From Acidobacteriota bacterium (GTDB lineage Bacteria; Acidobacteriota; UBA890; WLXD01): a stretch of DNA of 64,000 bases. Below the pieces are notes generated by a model that was not told the origin of the DNA, made no database searches, and was given only the letters and a program-made list of their open reading frames with translations. This document shows positions 60,386 to 64,000 of this stretch, one piece after another (the first letter of the stretch is position 1; every line of letters begins with the position of its first letter). Position numbers and translations under genes: made by a program. Location: assembly GCA_965205505.1 (NCBI GenBank), contig CBDBHB010000009.1, positions 864,001-928,000 of the forward strand, in the 5' to 3' direction.

Positions 60386-63224
60386 CCCGCAGCCGTCGCC
60401 ACCGGCAACGGCCGCTTGGTTGCTGCGCCGGCTGTGCCGCCCACGCTATCGGGATTTGGTTGAAGGCGACGTCCTGGAGCTCTTCGAGCTCCGGTTGCAC
60501 AGCCATGGCCGATGGCGGGCGGCTGTGAGGTACTGGATCGACGTGTTGAGCCTGGCGCGAAGCCCGTACGGACGTGGCCGCCCAGACGATCGAAACGCTC
60601 CGGACCGGGGGCGGCTAACGGAGTGGATCATGAATCTGCTGCAGGACCTGCGACAGGCTGTGCGCGCGCTGGCGAAGGCGCCGGCGTTCAGCGGTGTAGT
60701 GGTGATAACCCTGGGACTGGCGGTCGGCGCCAATAGCGCGATCTTCAGCGTTGTCGACGCGGTGTTGTTGCGGCCGCTGCCCTTCGACCAGCCCGAGACC
60801 ATCGTCGTGATCAACGAGCGCGGCGGCGGTGAGCTCGAGGGACGGACGCGCTCCGGTGCGTCACAGAACCTTTTCCTCGAGTGGCGTTCCGACAGCCGCG
60901 CCTTCGAGCAGATGGCGATGTACTCACAGCAAGAGGCTACCATCACTAGCCTCGAGGAGCCGGTTCGGATGAACGGGCTCGCGGCGTCGCCGGCGCTGTT
61001 CACATTGCTGCGCGTCGACGCCGTGATCGGTCGGACGTTTACCCCCGACGAGGAGGAGCCTGGGCAGGACGATGTCATCGTCCTCGGGCACAGCGCCTGG
61101 CAGCGGTACTTCGGTGACGATCCGGGCGTGGTCGGCACCCAGCTCCGCCTCGATGATCGCAGTCGGACTGTGGTAGGCATCACCCCGCCGGGGGTCCAGT
61201 TTCCGGACGCCTCCATCGAGTATTACGTGCCCATGCTGGCGTCGCTCCCCGACTCGGTCGGGGGTGTCGAGGAAGCGGCGCGATCGGGAGCCTCGGTGCG
61301 CCGAGAGCGTAACGTCCGCCAGGGCGGTCCAGGTGGTCCGGGTAGTCCAGGTGCGTCGCCAGGTGGCTCCGGGCCAGCTGGAGGTGACGGACAAGACGGC
61401 GATGACGGTGGGGAGAGTGAGGACCGGCTCGAGCTCTGGGGTCGGGTGGTGGCACGGCTGAACCCCGGGGTCACGCTCCAGATGGCCAGCGAGGAGGGAA
61501 CGGCGCTGGTCCGTGGGCTGCGTCAAGAAGATGTCGCTACCCTCGGTGATCGCGGGGCGGAAGTGATCTCGATGCAGGAGGAGGTGGTCGGTTCGGTGCG
61601 CCGGTCGTTGCTGACTCTGATGGGTGCCGTCGGGTTCGTCTTGCTCATCGCCTGTGCCAACGTCGCGAACTTGGTGATGGCGCGTTCGGCGGAACGGCGC
61701 AAGGAGATCGCGGTGCGGTCGGCCTTGGGCGCCGACAAGTGGAAGCTGTCGCGTTACCTGTTCCTCGAGAGCCTGTTGCTGGCGCTCGCCGGCGGGGTGG
61801 TGGGTTTGGGGCTGGCCTTCGGCGGCCTACGGATGCTGGCCGCCTTGGGCCCCGACTTCATCCCGCGGCTCGAGGGGGTGAGTATCGATGGGCGCGTGCT
61901 CGGATTCACGCTGGTCGTGGCAGCGGTCACCGCGGTGCTGTTTAGCTTGATGCCGGCACGCGGCGCCTCACGGCTCGATCTCACACGTGCCTTGAAGGAG
62001 GAGTTCAGCACGACCGGGCTAGGCCGCGACACGCTGCGCAAGCTGCTGGTGACGGCCGAGGTCGCGTTGTCGGTGGTCTTGCTGGTCGGCGCCGGCCTGC
62101 TGCTGGCGAGCTTCGTACGGCTGGCCAGCGTTGACCCGGGCTACGACCCCAACAACCTCCTGCATCTTCACATCAGCCTGCCGGCCAACGCCTACGCTGA
62201 CGCTGCGTCACACCTGAACTACTACGATGATCTGGTGCTGCGCCTGGAGAACGTGCCGGGTGTATCGTCGGCGACGGTCGCTAATCAGCCGCCCCATTTG
62301 CCGGCGAACATTCGCGTGGCGATGTCGACGCAGCGTGACGAAGGCCCTTCATCGCCTGAGCAGCGCCCGACGCCAGTAGGCGTGCGGATGGTCGAGAACG
62401 CGTACTTCGAGACACTGCGTGCCGTTCCCGCGGCGGGTCGGCTCATCAACCGCGATGATCGCCCGGAGACGCTGGCGGTAGCCGTGCTGAGCCGCTCCGG
62501 AGTGCAGGCGATGTTCGGCGATCGCGACCCGGTGGGGGAGAAGATGCCTTTCATCGGCGGACAGGAGCTCGAGATCGTTGGCGTCGTGGGCGACGTCCGC
62601 ACCGCCGGCGTCGATCCGACACCGCAGGCCGACATTTTTCTGCCGTATCGCCAGGCGCCCGAGCGCATGGTGCCGACGCTGTTCAGCACGGCGCACGTGC
62701 TGATCCGTACCGGACCAGCCTCTTTAAGCGTTCTCCCGGCGGTGCGCACCGCACTACGGCAGTCAGAGAGCGGACTGCTCGTGCTCAGTGCCGCCACCAT
62801 CCGCGACCGGCTTTCCGATTCGGTTGCCGAGCCGCGCTTCTATGCGAGCCTCGTCGGTGCCTTCGCGCTGCTGGCGTTGTCGCTGGCTGCCATCGGGATC
62901 TACGGCATGCTGTCGTACTCGGTACAGCAGGGTGTGCGCGACACGGCGATCCGACGAGCTCTCGGCGCACCGGTGAGCGGTATCTTGCGTCGGGTCCTCG
63001 GTCAGGGAATGGGTCTGGCGGGCGCCGGCCTGGTGCTCGGTATTGCGGCTGCGCTGGCCTTGACGCGCCTGTTGGAGTCGATGCTGTACGAGGTCGAGCC
63101 CACGGATCCGTCATCGCTGACCGTCGTGGCGCTAGTTTTTCTGGCCGTGGCGCTATTGGCTGTGTGGATCCCGGCTCGCCGGGCCACACGCATCGACCCA
63201 ATGGACGTGCTGCGCTACGAGTAA
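60378..63224 (+). CDS. ADOP-type ABC permease (MacB/FtsX duplicated), no adjacent ATPase
   Basis: LGLAVGANSAIFSVV..LLRPLP, GFVLLIACANVANL, GIYG, IPARRATRIDP. Confidence 0.94.
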   Translation: MRDPQPSPPATAAWLLRRLCRPRYRDLVEGDVLELFELRLHSHGRWRAAVRYWIDVLSLARSPYGRGRPDDRNAPDRGRLTEWIMNLLQDLRQAVRALAKAPAFSGVVVITLGLAVGANSAIFSVVDAVLLRPLPFDQPETIVVINERGGGELEGRTRSGASQNLFLEWRSDSRAFEQMAMYSQQEATITSLEEPVRMNGLAASPALFTLLRVDAVIGRTFTPDEEEPGQDDVIVLGHSAWQRYFGDDPGVVGTQLRLDDRSRTVVGITPPGVQFPDASIEYYVPMLASLPDSVGGVEEAARSGASVRRERNVRQGGPGGPGSPGASPGGSGPAGGDGQDGDDGGESEDRLELWGRVVARLNPGVTLQMASEEGTALVRGLRQEDVATLGDRGAEVISMQEEVVGSVRRSLLTLMGAVGFVLLIACANVANLVMARSAERRKEIAVRSALGADKWKLSRYLFLESLLLALAGGVVGLGLAFGGLRMLAALGPDFIPRLEGVSIDGRVLGFTLVVAAVTAVLFSLMPARGASRLDLTRALKEEFSTTGLGRDTLRKLLVTAEVALSVVLLVGAGLLLASFVRLASVDPGYDPNNLLHLHISLPANAYADAASHLNYYDDLVLRLENVPGVSSATVANQPPHLPANIRVAMSTQRDEGPSSPEQRPTPVGVRMVENAYFETLRAVPAAGRLINRDDRPETLAVAVLSRSGVQAMFGDRDPVGEKMPFIGGQELEIVGVVGDVRTAGVDPTPQADIFLPYRQAPERMVPTLFSTAHVLIRTGPASLSVLPAVRTALRQSESGLLVLSAATIRDRLSDSVAEPRFYASLVGAFALLALSLAAIGIYGMLSYSVQQGVRDTAIRRALGAPVSGILRRVLGQGMGLAGAGLVLGIAAALALTRLLESMLYEVEPTDPSSLTVVALVFLAVALLAVWIPARRATRIDPMDVLRYE

Positions 63225-63249
63225 CCGCAGCAGCACGCTTGTTACACCA

Positions 63250-63283
63250 CGATAGGCAACGATCATCTGCTACAGGACATTAG
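63250..63283. repeat. Degenerate solo end of the 56872..57128 element
   Basis: 30/34 match to 57095..57128. Confidence 0.8.
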
Positions 63284-63459
63284 TGCTGCGCCCCACAAAT
63301 AGTGGTACGCCTGCTCTGCCCGTAGGGTAGCGGCGGGAGGGGACGATCCCTTTGTCGCGGCTCCTGAACGATGTACCAACATCGCCTCCGTCGCCGCTCC
63401 GCGGGCTCGTCCCGTCGCGCTCGCTACAGGCGTACCACTATTTGTGGGGCGTAGCACTA
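63281..63459. mobile_element. Second MITE-like palindromic element
   Basis: 33-bp TIRs TAGTGCTGCGCCCCACAAATAGTGGTACGCCTG (1 mismatch); internal ACGATG..CATCGCCT..GTCGCCG core. Confidence 0.85.
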
Positions 63460-64000
63460 CTAGAACCCGATCGTGATGCCGGCGGTTACCATCTGCAGGT
63501 CCTGGAGAAAATCGACCCGGAAGCGCTCGTATTCGGCGCGCAGCGAGAACGTGCCCAATCGTAGCGCCGCGCCTGCACCGTATGCGAAGTCGGTACCCTT
63601 CGTCTCCGCGATGTCACCCGCGACGCCGGTCTCATGCTTCCATCGGAACCAGCCGCCGCGGCCGAAGATCTCAAAAGGCCCGGCCGGGAGGATCAGCAGC
63701 ATCGACCCCTGAAAACCGGTCGTGCGCGCCGTCAGGTCTGCTCCCGGGAAGATGGCAGTGAGCTCGTTTAGCGAGCGGTAGTCGATCTCGAAGGCCAAGT
63801 ATCGCGATCGATAGCCGGCGCCGGCCTTCCAGGCGATCGTCGTATCGTCGATCACGTTGATCTCGTCGATGTCGAGCCGAACTAGTGCAGCGCCGACCGA
63901 GCCGGCGATGTACAGACCTTCTGCAGCAAGCCCTCCTTGCGCCAACGCCGGGCTAGCGTAGCCCAGCAGAACGACGAGTACACTGATTCCCCACAGCCGT
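63460..64000 (-). CDS. Outer-membrane beta-barrel protein (OmpA/porin-like); 5' end beyond the window
   Basis: Signal peptide at the window edge, GLYIAGSVG, GAGY, AYGAG, LRAEYE, terminal Phe. Confidence 0.88.
   Translation of the reverse strand, partial: RLWGISVLVVLLGYASPALAQGGLAAEGLYIAGSVGAALVRLDIDEINVIDDTTIAWKAGAGYRSRYLAFEIDYRSLNELTAIFPGADLTARTTGFQGSMLLILPAGPFEIFGRGGWFRWKHETGVAGDIAETKGTDFAYGAGAALRLGTFSLRAEYERFRVDFLQDLQMVTAGITIGF

Noticed and set aside
1-64000. Numerous long overlapping or antisense ORFs in the track
   Set aside because: Expected shadow ORFs of high-GC coding DNA (Arg/Pro/Ala-rich, no motifs)

Overview
High-GC bacterial chromosome segment. PadR/ADOP-type permease pairs, a DUF1592/DUF1552/ankyrin operon and kinase-TPR genes suggest Acidobacteriota or Gemmatimonadota (inference). 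The backbone carries housekeeping genes (recQ, xth, two PPIases), many exported hydrolases (M48, M28, M55, M20, GGT, sulfatase, serine hydrolase, creatininase-like) and transporters. It is heavily decayed: at least 8 sharply truncated gene fragments, 3 frameshifts and 1 nonsense codon. The 44-57 kb region is a mobile-DNA hotspot. (i) A ~10.1 kb mosaic island (TonB receptor, dead kinase, internally deleted IS21, intact P4-like integrase) lies between two ~98% identical 542-bp direct repeats. (ii) An IS1111-type IS110 element has a downstream non-coding region that folds by eye into a bridge/seek-RNA-like target loop, whose guide (AGGTCACTA...CTAG) matches the end of a CTAG-flanked palindromic MITE-like repeat. 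The IS sits in exactly such an end, and vacant copies of that end occur elsewhere in the window. This apparent RNA-guided element targeting a repeat family is the strongest candidate for an interesting system. All alignments and folds were done by eye and no database searches were run. No rRNA, tRNA or CRISPR array was seen.
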